Assembly (NCBI GenBank): GCA_963693365.1
Contig: CAVNZM010000010.1
Location: 2,852,001-2,916,000 of the forward strand
Source: Amoebidium appalachense
Lineage: Eukaryota; Protista; Ichthyosporea
DNA: 64,000 nt
Direction: 5' to 3'
The notes below the pieces were generated by a model. It saw only the letters and a program-made list of their open reading frames with translations. It had not been told where the DNA came from and ran no database searches. Position 1 is the first letter of the stretch, and each line of letters starts with the position of its first letter. A program made the translations under genes and the position numbers. This document shows positions 1 through 13,092 of this stretch, piece after piece.

Positions 1-392
1 ACTCCCCTCTATCAGAGAGTACGGGATCACGCAGCGGAGTGGGCAAGGAACGGCGCCAGTTCCTTTGTCCTCAGATGGATTCGTCAGGGCGTCCTTCCTC
101 GTTGGGGCCCTTCAGGCCCTCCCCCCCCAGCAGACCATGGCTACTATATCCCGGTGGACAATGTGCCCGAGTCTACCATGCTGGATCTGGCCCTGGAGAT
201 GGTGGCCCATGGCGAGCTGGAGGAGATTTCTGTCAGCCAATCATATTGCGTTCATCCTTGCTTCACGGTCGCCAAATCCGATGGATCCCGGCGACCAATC
301 ATCGATCCGTATTTGACCAATTCTGCATGCCTCCCCCTGCACACCAAGTTCGACAACCTCCACGACCTGGCAGTGTTGGCGCGGCGGGGGGA
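1..392 (+). pseudogene. Fragment of a DIRS-type reverse transcriptase N-terminal region (different family from family A), cut off by the family-A repeat at ~393
   Basis: ORF 154-396 contains VHPCFTVAKSDGSRRPIIDP, resembling the F.V.K.DG..R.I.D RT motif; sequence switches abruptly to the family-A A repeat. Confidence 0.55.
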
Positions 393-830
393 GTGAAAAT
401 TTTTCATTGCTTGATGTGCAGCAAAAATTCCATTTTGGTAGATTTCATGGATTTGATGGTTTTTATGTCATTTCTTCATATTTCCATAGGCCAAAATGTG
501 GGCCGCGCTATATAATGAGCTTGCGCGGCCCGAGGGAGGTCAGTTGCGGCGCTACTGAGCGCGTTTAGGTCTCTTTAGGCCCAATTTTTTAGCTAAGTTT
601 TTGCAACTCTAGTCCCCGTTTTTCGCGCTGTTGTTCGTTTTTTCTCTAGTGTTTTTTGCCCAGGAGCGCGCACTTAGCTTCGGCAGCATCTGGTAAGAGT
701 TTTGCGTGCGCGCCGTTGCGTTTTAGCTGGTTTTCGGACGTTTTTTGCGGTGTCGTTTTTCCCGCGTTTTTGCATTTTCCAGTCTTCGTTTTCAAGTTCT
801 CGTGCTCTAGTCTGGTTTATGAGCATTGCA

Positions 831-1872
831 ATGGCCCCTCCTCCTGCTCTCGTCGCCAAGGGGGCCGCTCTCCTCGAAAAGCTTATGGAGAAATCTACCA
901 ATGAGGACGACGCAAGTCTCAAAAGTCTGGCCGTTTTGCAGTCCAACGCCCTCCCCTGGAACAGCTTGCCGGCAGAAACCGTCAACAGTGTGGTTTCAGC
1001 CCTCAAGGCGCGCTCGGTGGCTTTTGATGACCCTGAGATGGTCGGTTGGAAAGTCACCGACCAGCTGCACTTGCTCTGTCGCACTCCTCGCAGCGGCCGT
1101 GCCTCCCCCCCACCTGGGTCGCCCTCTCCCCAGCGGCGTTCTGACGATGTAGACGTCCAAGAGCAGCTGCAGGCACTTTCTGCCCAAGTGCAAGCCCTCT
1201 CTGTTGCCCAGTCTGGTCGCCCCAAGAAGCCCTCTGCCGGCGGCCTGCTGAGCACGCTGTCTGCGTGGGCAAAGGGCAAGGAGCCTGTCTATGCGTACGA
1301 CACCAGCAGTGAAGACACCCCATTCTTCTTCCAGCAGCAGTGGCTACGGTCGTTCCTCTCGCAGCCGTCGTTCCTCTGGCCCTTCCAACCCCAACCCCAG
1401 CCGTTATCTGCTCTCCAGCGGCGCCAAAGTCAACCTGCGCGTCAAAGAACGTCTGGCCCCTTCCTACCTCAAGAGCACCTTGGCTGACCAGGCCTCGGTC
1501 ACTGCGGCTGTCCACGCGGCGGATTGGGTCAGCTACCGCAACAAACGGGAGGCTCTGACGCTTGCCCGTATGCTGGATCTGCTGCTGGCCGCCGACCCTA
1601 AGGCCCGCAAGGGGTCACCTGCTGTGGAAGTTGGTGTGCGCCGTCTGCTGGCTGTGCAGACTGCTGATCAGTCCAACGGGGACTGGGCTGTTGCAGAGCA
1701 GTTTGAGGAGCTCCCAGCGCACAGCCTGCCCCTGCCCCCTGCCTTGGCCACCCGGGCTGTTCGTCAAGCCAAGACCCTCGCCGAAGTCACCCGGGCTCGG
1801 CGCGGTCCCGGCAGCGCCCCATCCGGGGCCGGTCCATCAACCCCTCCGGGGACCGGTGGGCACAGGGCCTAA
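831..1872 (+). pseudogene. gag-like ORF1 of family A, frameshifted by a small deletion near 1325
   Basis: ORFs 702-1487 and 1291-1872 together match the single ORF 36293-37348. Confidence 0.85.
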
Positions 1873-1948
1873 ACGGCCCTTTGGGGGTTCGGCACGCGGT
1901 TCTGTATATTATTTTCTTGTGGTTTCCTGCCACGTGCCCTTGATTAAT

Positions 1949-3591
1949 ATGCCCCCTAATTTTTCTAAGGATTCCACAGCTATGCCACGTCATGTCTTTG
2001 CCGCCTCTAATTTGTTTCCTGTTCCGGCCATTCCTGTGCCGGACCGTTCTGGACAAGCCCGTCTGCGGAGTCAACGCCGTCGGCAACGCCTGTCTCACCG
2101 CCTGAAGGGGGTTACCTTGGCTAACCGTTGTCTTGGTGCCCTCAATGAGCTGTGGGCAGGCGGCCCTTGCCCATTCCCGACCCGGTTGGTGAACAGTCAC
2201 CACCATGCCCTGTGGACCTTTGTCCTTAGGGCCAGCTACGATGCTATACGCGCGGGTGTCTACGACGCTCAGCCTGCGAGTAGTGTCTTGGCTGCGTTCC
2301 CCGCGGCCTACCCTGTATTGACAGGATGGCTACCTCTCACGGCGGCAAATGCCGCTTTGCCACCCCCTGGGGTTGGAGCCACAGTGTACGTGTTGCACTT
2401 TTTGTCTCCTACACTGCAGCCGTTTTTGGCCAACTGCGACGACGGCCTTCTCAAGCCTGCTCCGCCGACGCCTGCAGAGCTGCGCCGCATCCGACCGGCG
2501 CATCACGTTCCCAGTGGGGAATACGGTCCCCTGCTTCTTAGGCTTCAAGACTGCGGCATGGTGCACTATTTCGAGGCGAAGGAAAAACCACTGGCCATCA
2601 ACGGGTGTTTGGGGTCCCAAAAGACACCAGAGCCCGCGTCATTTTTGACGGCCGCCGTGGCAACCTGTTCTTTGCCCGTGATCATCCTGCTTGTGGCTCA
2701 AGACGTCCATGGGCAGTTGGCTGACCGAGCCGGCATGCCCCGCATTGAGCGCCTATGTGCAATAGTGCCGCGGCCTGTGGAGGCGACGCAGCATGCCCTG
2801 TATGTGGACGACTGTGGCTGGGTCGGCACAGATGCCACCGCCATCAATCGTCAGCGTGAATCGTAACATGGCGTCACCGGCCCGGCTGGTCTTCCCTCCA
2901 ATGTCAAAAAGGATGTGGCTGCTGGTTCGTCGTCCTCTATGGTGCTGCTAAGGGGGAAATAGTGCTTTATCGGAACTTATGTATATAGGGGTACATATAC
3001 CTTGTTTAACCATTACAAATTAATGTTTGATAGGTTACTTCTATTAAGTGATTAAATATTTTATCCTATAGTGCTATGATTACTTATAATGAAAGATTAT
3101 TTCCTTTAGATGATACCACTTTAAACTAAAATTCCCCTCCCTTTGCATTGAAGAAAGAATTATTTTTCTCATGTACAAGAGCACCAAATTACTATCCTAA
3201 AATACTAAGATTTACTCTCAAGTGCATGATGATAACCAAATCTACATGTTAAAATTCCCCTCCCTCCCTACTACGTAGAGAAGAAGAAGGGAACAAGTCG
3301 CGAATAGAAAGACCTGCTAGGCTTGGAAATGCATCGCTCTGGGATATTGCACCCGTCTGGCGCTTCCTTGTGCCATCTGGTGGCGGAAACCCAGGCCGTG
3401 TTGCGTCGTGGTGTCGTCACGCAGCTCCGTTTGCAGCAGTTGCTTGGTGGTTGGGTGTGGGCGGCACTGCTGCAGCGGCCGCTTTTGTCGGTTCTGAGTG
3501 CCGCCTACAGTTTTGTGGAGCAGCTGGGGGGTCGGGAACAGCCCCTTCTTCCGCCCGTGGTGTGGGAGCCTTAGGCGATGTGTGCTTTGGC
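1949..3591 (+). pseudogene. Disrupted reverse transcriptase of family A
   Basis: Contains ALYVDDCG; internal deletion, premature TAA at 2864-2866, interrupted by the AT-rich insert. Confidence 0.85.
2951..3313. other. ~360-bp AT-rich foreign insertion in RT, possibly organellar
   Basis: Abrupt drop in GC; CTGCTA on both sides where intact copies have one; internal repeat AAAATTCCCCTCCCT x2. Confidence 0.7.
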
Positions 3592-3594
3592 CGT

Positions 3595-6500
3595 ATCGTA
3601 TAGAACCCCCCTTGTAGCATAGTATATGTCCATGTGTTACCTAGACATTGTTGGTTTTTTCAATAACTACCCACAGACCTCTAGCACGAGAAATTTACCA
3701 AAACGTTTATGGGGGGGATGGTGAATGTGCCCCTGCATTACGAGGGTCACACGAAAAAAACACAACCTTGTAGCTCGTATAGAACCCCCCTTGTAGCATA
3801 GTATATGTACATATGTTACCTAGACATTATTGGTTTTTCAATAACTACCCACAGAACAGCCTCTAGCACGAGAAATTTATTACAAAATTTATGTGGGGGG
3901 ATGGTAAATGTGCCCCTGGAGTACGAGGTTCACACGAAAAAGACACAACGTTGTAGCTCGAATAGAACCACCCTTGTAGCATAGTATATGTACATGTGTT
4001 ACTTACACATTATTGGTTTTTTTAATAATTGCCCACAGAACACCTTCTAGCACGAGACATTTACCACACAGCTTATGGGGGAGATAGTGAATGTGCCCCT
4101 GGAGTACGAGGGTCACACGAAAAAAACACAACGTTGTAGCTCGAATAGAACCCCCCTTGTAGCATAGTATATGTACATGTGTTACTTACACATTATTGGT
4201 TTTTTCAATAACTACCCACAGAACAGCTTCTTCTTATGCCAACGTCGTCTTTACCAGCCCCAGCAAGGGGATACATGAGCCGATGCCTGTGGATCAATCT
4301 CACAAGCAGGCACAGGTGTGCTCCACAGGAGCAATGAAAAGAATGACAAATGTCATACAGAAACATGCTGAAAAAACGTAGCCTATTGCCTAAATAGGCA
4401 AAGGGTGTTGTGCGTGGGCAAAAAGCTAAAAAATTGGGCCTAAAGAGATTTAAACACTCAGCAGTCTGCACAGCCAGCAGACGGCGCACACCAACTCCCA
4501 CAGCAGGCGACTCCTTGCGGGCCTTAGGGTCGGCGTCCAGCAGCAGATCCAGCATACGGGCAAGCGTCAGAGCCTCCCGTTTGTTGCGGTAGCTGACCCA
4601 ATCCGCCGCGTGGACAGCCGCAGTGACCGAGGCCTGGTCAGCCAAGGTGCTCTTGAGGTAGGAAGGGGCCAGACGTTCTTTGACGCGCAGGTTGACTTTG
4701 GCGCCGCTGGAGAGCAGATAACGGTTGGGGTTGGGTTTGGAACGGCTAGAGGAACGACGGCTGCGAGAGGAACGACCGTAGCCACTGCTGCTGGAAGAAG
4801 AGTCCTCACTCGACCATGGGGTGTCTTCACTGCCGGTGTCGTACGCATAGACAGGCTCCTTGCCCTTTGTCCGCGCAGACAGCGTGCTCAGCAGGCCGCC
4901 GGCAGAGGGCTTCTTGGGGCGACCAGACTGGGCAACAGAGAGGGCTTGCACTTGGGCAGAAAGCGCCTGCAGCTGCACGGCCGCTGCGAGGAGTGCGACA
5001 GAGCAAGTGCAGCTGGTCGGTGACTTTCCAACCGACCATCTCAGGGTCATCAAAAGCCACCGAGCGCGCCTTGAGGGCTGAAACCACACTGTTGACGTTT
5101 TCTGCCGGCAGGCTGTTCCAAGGGAGGGCGTTGGACTGCAAAACGGCCAGACTTTTGAGACTTGCGTCGTCTGCATCGGTGGAGATCTCCAAAAGCTTTT
5201 CGAGGAGAGCTGCCCCCTTGGCAACCAGAGCAGGAGGAGGGGCCATTGCAATGCTCACAAACCAAACTAGAGCACATAAACTTGAAAACGAAGACTGGAA
5301 AATGCAAAAACGCGGGAAAAACAACACCGCAAAAAACGTCCGAAAACCAGCTAAAACGCAATGGCGCGCACGCAAAACTCTTACCAGATGCTGCCGAAGC
5401 TAAGCGCGCGCTCCTGGGCAAACAAAACTAGAGAAAAAACGAAACGCGTGAAAAACGGGGACTAGAGTTTCAAAAACTTAGCTAAAAAATTGGGCCTAAA
5501 GAGACCTAAACGCGCTCAGTAGCGCGGAACTAACCTCCCTGGGGCCGCGCAAGCTCAATATATAGCGCGGCCCACACATTTTTGCCTATGGAAATATGAA
5601 GAAATGACTTAGAACCTATCAAATCCATGAAATCTACCAAAATGGAATTTTTGCTGCACATCAACCAATGAAAAATTTTCACAAGTGGCTAAAACCCTAG
5701 ATCACAAAGACCAAGTCAATTGCCGCCCATTTCGTTATAGATATAACTCAAACTCATCAATATATCCATATGGCATATCCCACAGAACATAAAAACAGCT
5801 ACAGCTCCCTCAATAAAAATGCTAGCAGCCTGAAACTTTGCACACATATCAAACACACAAAGGCCTACAACATGTTACTACTACGAATTTTACAGCACAC
5901 TCGCAACACACAATTTCACTCCAACGGGGCTATCTAATTCTCCTGCAAAGAAAACACGTTTACAAACTATATATAGCACGAGAAATTTACCAGACAGTTT
6001 ATGGGGGGGATGGTGAATGTGCCCCTGGAGCACAAGGGTCACACAAAAAAAAAACACAACGTCGTAGCTCGTATAGAACCCCCCTTGTAGCATAGTATAT
6101 GTACATATTTTACCTAGACATTATTGGTTTTTCAATAACTGTAGTTACCCACAGAACAGCCTCTAGCACGAGAAATGTACCACAACGTTTGTGGGGGGGA
6201 TGGTGAATGTGCCCCTGGAGTACGAGGGTCACACGAAAAAAACACAACGTTGTAGCTCGAATAGAACCCCCCTTGTAGCATAGTATATGTACATGTGTTA
6301 CTTACACATTTTTGGTTTTTTCAATAACTACCCACAGAACAGCTTCTGGCACGAGAAATTTATCACAAAGTTTATGGGGGGGATGGTGAATGTGCCTCTG
6401 GAGTGCGAGGGTCACACAAAAAAAAAACAACATTGTAGCCCGGATTGAAACCCCCCTTGTACCATATACATCATATATCATCCGGCATGTGTTACTTTCG

Positions 6501-6606
6501 CGTTATTGGTTACCTAGCACGAGATATTCAGCACACAGTTGGGGTTGTAGGGGCAGTGTACACCTACAATATCAGGGGTACCGCGCGGCAAAAACACCCC
6601 CCGGGG
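3595..6606. repeat. ~180-bp tandem repeat array (about 7 units) ending in a defined terminus, interrupted by the element at 4230-5974
   Basis: TAGAACC(C/A)CCCTTGTAGCATAG recurs at ~3601, 3780, 3963, 4146, 6074, 6262; ends ...GCGGCAAAAACACCCCCCGGGG; the same array occurs inverted at 20072-21650. Confidence 0.9.
4230..5974 (-). mobile_element. Internally deleted family-A element (A1, partial gag, end of A2, spacer, B2)
   Basis: Both termini present (TTCTTATGCC... and ...TTTACAAACTATATAT); flanks rejoin one array unit (CAGCTTCT|AGCACGAG). Confidence 0.85.
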
Positions 6607-6607
6607 A

Positions 6608-7454
6608 TTTGGGACGTCTCCTTAGCCGTCCTCGCCCTCGACTCTTCAGTCCCTGGGCGGCTGTTTGGTTCTGTACGCGCGGGTTAACACTCAGCATGCG
6701 AGCGTTCCAACCAGTTGTCCGCTCTGCCTTTTTATTTGCAAACATTTTTGTTACGGCGCCCTTTGCATTGCGCCAGCATGGGAGGTGTGGAGAGCACATA
6801 TGTTTGTGTGTGCAGCCTAGGCATCTACACACGACACTGCAAGTAATCTATCCCCTTGCTGGGGCGAGTAAAGAGTGACGGCACAAGAATGGTTCGTTTT
6901 TAAACGGGTTTTCTTTGAGGAACGGCCGGCCGCAGCCACGACGACGAAGTGACATGTGGAATTCGAACTGCCAGCTACTTTGCATTCCGATTGGTTAGTC
7001 TCTAGGTATGGCTTAGCCAATCAGTTCTCTGTACGTAAATGAAAGTGCAATGATTGGTCCTGTTTAAGTGTAGCCATATTTGGTCTTTACATTCCCCTGT
7101 AGCCAATCGGATGTTGTGAGCCATATCCTGCGTGTATATAAACCGCTAGCCCGCAGATTCGTAGGCCTCTCAGTCGCTGGCACTGCTCCTGAGCAGAATG
7201 TGTCCCTAGTCTAGCAAGTTGGAAGGGCCTCCTAGGAGGCCCGTAAACGGTTGTTTTCTCTAGTTAAGTATTTTGTTTTTCCCCCCACCCTCCCTTGAGT
7301 GGCTGTGGTGATGGCCTGCCATCTAAAATGTGTCTCCTTGGAGAGCACATGTGTTTGTGTGTGCAGCCTAGGCATCTACACACGACACTGCAAGTAATCT
7401 ATCCCCTTGCTGGGATCCCCTTGCTGGGGCGAGTAAAGAGTGACGGCACAAGAA
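6608..7454 (+). mobile_element. Partial copy of non-coding split-direct-repeat element family C (B1-A2-spacer-B2)
   Basis: B repeat at ~6790-6889 and ~7341-7454; reverse complement of segments of 43110-44358. Confidence 0.8.
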
Positions 7455-8300
7455 GGTCTCTTTAGGCCCAATTTTTTAGCTAAGTTTTTGCCCACCCACC
7501 ACACCCTTTGCCTTTTTAGGCACTAGGCTACGTTTTTGGAGCATGTTTCTGTATGACATTTGTCAATCTTTTCATTGCTCCTGTGGAGCACACCTGTGCC
7601 TGCTCGTGAGATTGATCCACAGGCACCGACCGGCTCATGTATCCCCTTGCTGGGGCTTGTAAAGACGACGTTGGCAGAAGAATGAATGATTAGTTTGTAA
7701 ACGTTTTTTCTTTGCAGGAGCATTGGACAGCACCGGAGACAGAGTAGTAACAGGACTCCGTGTGCGAGATATGCAGGGATAGTGGTCATGAAAATTCGGT
7801 ATGTACGTATGCTGTCTATACGATTTGCAGTTTAGGTTTTTATTGGTGAGTATGTAGAGGAATGTGTTCCTGCATATGTAGACGTTTTAATTGGATTATA
7901 GTCATGAGGCGATCCCGCTTGCAATAGTTTTTGCATGCCGATGCTTTGATTTAGAGCCCTTCGGCTGCTGTGTGCGTCTCAGTCGCTGTACTCTTTAGCA
8001 GAGTGTAGGTAGGCCTCCTTAGGCTGCCTGTTCGGTGTAAGTAGGTAGGCATTTTTAGGTTACTGCCTGTAGTCAAGTCTAGCCGCGCCTGTCTAGACAC
8101 TTTCACTGAATGGCTGTGTTTCCATTTCCCTTTTTGGTCTACGGTTGTGCCTTACCACCACTTGTTTTTCCAGTCTTTGGTGCCCTTTTTGTGCTGCGCC
8201 AGCCCCGCCTCCGGCATAGCTCTGCCCTGCCGCCACATGGCATGCCGTGTTTTTTCTTTCCGGGGTGCCTTGGTTTGGTGGCGCTGTTTCGTCCTCCTAA
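7455..8300 (+). repeat. Family-A-related spacer + B repeat followed by a divergent A-like repeat (sister subfamily)
   Basis: 7455-7682 matches 40955-41177; next sequence starts TTAGTTTGTAAACGTTTTTTCTTTGCAGGAG like the A repeat, then diverges. Confidence 0.6.
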
Positions 8301-8309
8301 AGTGGGTCG

Positions 8310-9645
8310 CTCCTTGTTGGGTGGTGCAGTGGTGTCCCGGGTGCTTCCAGCAACGCTTCTCCACGAAGTGCTGCCTCACTGCAACCGGCGTGGCCACTAC
8401 AGCCAGCTGTCTGGTCCTGTGCACGAGCCAAGCCCGTCCGCCCCCCCGGCACCTATCCTGGCAGCTGTTGGTGGCCGGTGGACCACCAACATCAGTCATC
8501 GTTGGCGCCACTCCGACCACATCAACATTCTGGAGGGAGAAGCCTTGCTCCTGGGGCTTCGTCGATTAGGTCGGTCTACGGCTGCCCGGGGCTCCCGCTA
8601 CCTTTGGCGCCTTGAATCGACGGCGCTGCTTCGGGCTGTTGCTAAAAGGGTCGTTCAGCATCCCGACGCCTGAACCGTGTATGCCGCCAGGTGGCTGCCT
8701 ACACGCTTGCCCTTGACATTCGTTTGTATTGTGTGTGGCTGCCGTCAGCCCACAATCCTGCAGATGGTCCCTCGAGGTTTTCTGGCTGACCAGGCCATAA
8801 AGCCCCCCCACTACCGGGATGCTGTTGTTGAGTTCCTGGATTGGTTGCCCCCTGGCACCGACACCAAGTCCCCCGCCGAACTGGACGACCTCCTGGTGGA
8901 GTATTTTGAGGAGTGTTATGCCATTGATCCATCGCGTGGTTAGCGTCAGCGCTGTGTCAACACAGCTGATGGCATCAAGCATTTCATGCCACGCCTGGGT
9001 CCACACCTGCAGGCCGCCCAACGGAGCCTGCAGGGCTGGAACCGGCTTGGTCCAGCAAAGACCACGCCCCCGCTTCCGTTTTCATTGGTCCTCGTCGTTG
9101 GCCATCATTTGTATTCCAAAATTGGCCCCTTGTTTGGTATTGCTGTTTTGCTCGGATTTGAGTGTTATTTTCGTGTCAGTGAGCTGCTTATGCTCACCCG
9201 TGCGGATCTTGTTTTGCCCGACGACCCCGTTCCCCACGACATGCCACCCGGTACATGCGGCATCCGCCTGGCCGACACCAAGACCGGTCCAAATCAGTTT
9301 GTCCCCATCACCGATTCGTCCCTGTTGGCCATCCTGTCTTTCTGGTTCCGTGGTGCCCCCCCTTCTGCGCGGCTGTTTCCTTTCTCGTATGATGTTCTGC
9401 GTGCCAAGTTCCAAGCGGCATGTGACTCCCTCGGCCTCAACGAGTATGGGTTCCATCTTCACAGTCTTCGCCATGGTGGTGCCTCGAGAGACTACGTCAG
9501 GGGTGTTTCAGAAGAGACGATTGCTCTGCGTGGTCGGTGGAGATCGCATGCCTCCCTCCGCCGGTATCTGCAGGCCGGCCAGTCTCTTGTTCATTCTATT
9601 CGCGTGCCTGCGTCGCTCCTTGCCCGTGCTGCAGCGCTGCGTCGC
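8310..9645 (+). pseudogene. Family-A RNase H / tyrosine recombinase fragment
   Basis: HINILEGEAL (RNase H); YR motifs FRVSE, TKTG, HSLRHGG, GRW..RRY; premature TAG at 8941. Confidence 0.9.
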
Positions 9646-9649
9646 ATGA

Positions 9650-12152
9650 AACGCATGAAAGGGGCCAAAGCACACATCGCCTGAAGCTCCCACACCACGG
9701 GCGGTGGAAGGGGCGGTTCCCGACCCCCCAGCTGCTCCACAAATCTGTAGACGGCACTCAGAACCGACAAAAGCGGCCGCTGCAGCAGTGCCGCCCACAC
9801 CCAACCACCAAGCAACTGCTGCAAACAGAGCTGCGTGACGACACCACGACGCAACACGGCCTGGGTTTCCGCCATCAAACGGCACAAGGAAGCACCAGAC
9901 GGGCGCAAAATCCCAGAGCAATGCATTTCAAGGCCTAGTAGCACCATAGAGGATTACGAGCCAGCAGCCACATCCATCTTGACGTTGGAGGGAAGACCAG
10001 CCGGGCCGGTGACGCCATGATACGATTCACGCTGACGATTGATGGCGGTGGCATCTGTGCCGACCCAGCCACAGTCGTCCACATACAGGGCATGCTGCGT
10101 GGCCTCCACAGGCCGCGGCACTATCGCACAGAGGCGCTCAATGCGGGGCATGCCGGCTCGGTCAGCCAACTGCCCATGGACGTCTTGAGCCACAAGCACA
10201 GAATGCACCCAGCCCATGGGCACGGTCTTGAGGGCCGGGTACACAAGCCGGTCGGGCCCAGAAAGGCCAACAGCCTCCGAAGACACAGGCGGCAATCCGA
10301 AGTACGGCCACAACCACTAGGGGGCAAGAAAACGATGGAACTGGTTGTCTATGTCCGACTTGCCAAAATAGAGGCAATCCTCAGGTCCCAGCAACAGATC
10401 GGCAAAATCGGCAGGGTTGGGCAGGTGCACCTTGAGGGCAGGATGATCACGGGCAAAGAACAGGTTGCCACGGCGGCCGTCAAAAATGACGCGGGCTCTG
10501 GTGTCTTTGAGGACCCCAAACAGCCCATTGATGGCCAGTGGTTTTTCCTTCGCCTCGAAATAGTGCACCATGCCGCAGTCTTGAAGCCGAAGAAGCAGGG
10601 GACTGTATTCCCCACTGGGAACGTGATGCACCGGTCGGATGCGGCGCAGCTCTGCAGGCGTCGGCGGAATAGGCTTGAGAAGGCCGCCGTCGCAGTTGGC
10701 CAAAACGGCTGCAGTGCAGGAGACAAAAACTGCAACACGTCCACTGTGGCTCCAACCCGCAGGGGGTGGCAAAGCGGCATTTGCCGCCGTGAGGGGTAGC
10801 CATCCTGTCAATACAGGGTAGGCCGCGGGGAACGCAGCCAAGACACTACTCGCAGGCTGAGCGGCGTAGACACCCGCGCGTATAGCATCGTAGCTGGCCC
10901 TAAGGACAAAGGTCCACAGGGCATGGTGGTGACTGTTCACCAACCGAGTCGGGAATGGGCAAGGACCGCCTGCCCACAGCTCGTTGAGGGCGCCAAGACA
11001 ATGGTTAGCCAAGGTAACCCCCTTCAGGCGGTGAGACAGACGTTGCCGACGGCGTTGACTCCGTAGACGGGCTTGTCCAGAACGGTTCGGTACAGGAATG
11101 GCCGGAACAGGAAACAAATCAGAGGCGGCAAAGACATGACGTGGCATGGCTGTGGAATCCTTAGAAAAATTAGGGGGCATATTAATCAAGGGCACGTGGC
11201 AGGAAACCACAAGAAAATAATATACAGAACCGCGTGCCGAACCCCCAAAGGGCCGTTTAGGCCCTGTGCCCACCGGTCCCCGGAGGGGTCGATGGACCGG
11301 CGCCGGATGGGCCACTGCCGGGACCGCGCCAAGCCCGGGTGATTTCGTTCGGCGAGGGTCTTGGCTTGACGAACAGCCCGGGTGGCCAAGGCAGGGGGCA
11401 GGGGCAAGCTGCGCGCAGGGAGCTCCTCAAACTGCTCTGCAACAGCCCAGTCCCCGTTGGACTGATCAGCAGTCTGCACAGCCAGCAGACGGCGCACACC
11501 AACTTCCACAGCAGGCGACTCCTTGCGGGCCTTAGGGTCGGCGGCCAGCAGCAGATCCAGCATACGGGCAAGCATCAAAGCCTTCCGTTTGTTGCGGTAG
11601 CTGACCCAATCCGCCGCGTGCACAGCCGCAGTGACCGAGGCTTGGTCAGCCAAGGTGCTCTTGAGGTAGGAAGCGCCAGACGTTCTTTAACGCGCTCAGT
11701 AGCGCCGCAACTGACCTCCCTGGGGCCGCGCAAGCTCATTATATAGCGCGGCCCATATTTTTGCTAATGGAAATATGAAGAAATGACTTAGAACCTATCA
11801 AATCCATGAAATCTAACAAAGTGGAATTTTTGCTGCACATCAAGCAATGAAAATTTTCACAAGTGGCTAAAACCCCTAGATCACAAAGACCAAATCAATT
11901 GCCGCCCATTTCGGACTAGATAAACTCAAACTCATCAATATATCCATATGGCATATCGCACAGAACATAAAAACAGCTACAACTCCCTAAATAGAAATGC
12001 TAGCAGCCTGAAAATTTGCACACACATCAAACACACCAAGGCCTACAACATGCTACTACTACGAAGTTTACAGCACACTCGCAACACACAATTTCACTCC
12101 AGCAGGGCTATCTAATTCTCCTGCAAAGAAAACACGTTTACAAACTAAATAT
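9650..12152 (-). mobile_element. Family-A copy (A1, 3' part of gag, RT), deleted and truncated
   Basis: Reverse complement of the complete copy; A1 at ~11690-12150; stop codon in RT at 10317. Confidence 0.9.
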
Positions 12153-12482
12153 TCTGCACTGATGCTCCTTTGTTGGGTGGTGCAGTCATCTGGCCCAAAC
12201 CCGCTAATTCAAAAAATAGGGTATTTATTTTAAGGGCGTACCGCATCCAATCAATCGGCGCCAAATTTTTTAAGGGCGTACCGCATCCAATCGGCTGATA
12301 TGACTTCTTAAAATCGGATCGTCTAAGCCAGCGAATCCATTTCGGTAACGGCCAATCCAAGCCGTTGCGGCAGAAAAAACTGGTATGCTCAGCGGGTTGT
12401 TCCAACTTACATCGGACTTAATCGCAGTAATCATAGCGCGAAACCGTGCAATAATGCAGTATAAGGATAGTATAATACCATA

Positions 12483-13092
12483 TTCTTATGCCAACGTCGT
12501 CTTTACCAGCCCCAGCAAGGGGATACATGAGCCAGTGCCTGTGGATCAATCTCACAAGCAGGCACAGGTGTGCTCCACAGGAGCAATGAAAAGAATGACA
12601 AATGTCATACAGAAACATGCTCAAAAAACGTAGCCTAGTGCCTAAATATGCAAAGGGTGTGGTGGGTGGGCAAAAACTTAGCTAAAAAATTGGGCCTAAA
12701 GAGACCTAAACGCGCTCAGTAGCGCCGCAACCCACCTCCCTGGGGCCGCGCAAGCTCACTATATAGCGCGGCCCACATTTTTGCCTATGGAAATATGAAG
12801 AAATGACTTAGAACCTATCAAATCCATGAAATCTACCAAAATGGAATTTTAGCTGCACATCAACCAATGAAAAATTTTCACAAGTGGCTAAAACCCCTAG
12901 ATCACAAAGACCAAATCGATTGCCGCCCATTTCGGACTAGATATAACTCAAACTCATCAATATATCCATATGGCATATCCCACAGAACATAAAAACAGCT
13001 ACAGCTCCCTAAATAAAAATGCTAGCAGCCTGAAACTTTGCACACACATCAAACACACCATGGCATACAACATTATACTACCACGAAGTTTA
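12483..13092 (-). mobile_element. Solo A-spacer-B unit of family A; its A repeat is split and resumes at 41782-41866
   Basis: Matches 13891-14582 up to CACGAAGTTTA; the remainder TACAGCACACTCG...CTTAATATT is at 41782. Confidence 0.9.

Larger units (their letters stand above)
393..3591 (+). mobile_element. Family-A tyrosine-recombinase retrotransposon, truncated copy (partial A1, gag, 5' part of RT)
   Basis: Near-identical to 35855-38945 of the complete copy; deletions near 1325 and 2690; AT-rich insertion at 2951-3313; ends at the ~180-bp array. Confidence 0.9.

Noticed and set aside
3595-6606. CRISPR-like appearance of regular repeats (also 20072-21650, 34525-35561, 17268-17390)
   Set aside because: Whole units repeat with no unique spacers and no cas genes; eukaryotic tandem repeats
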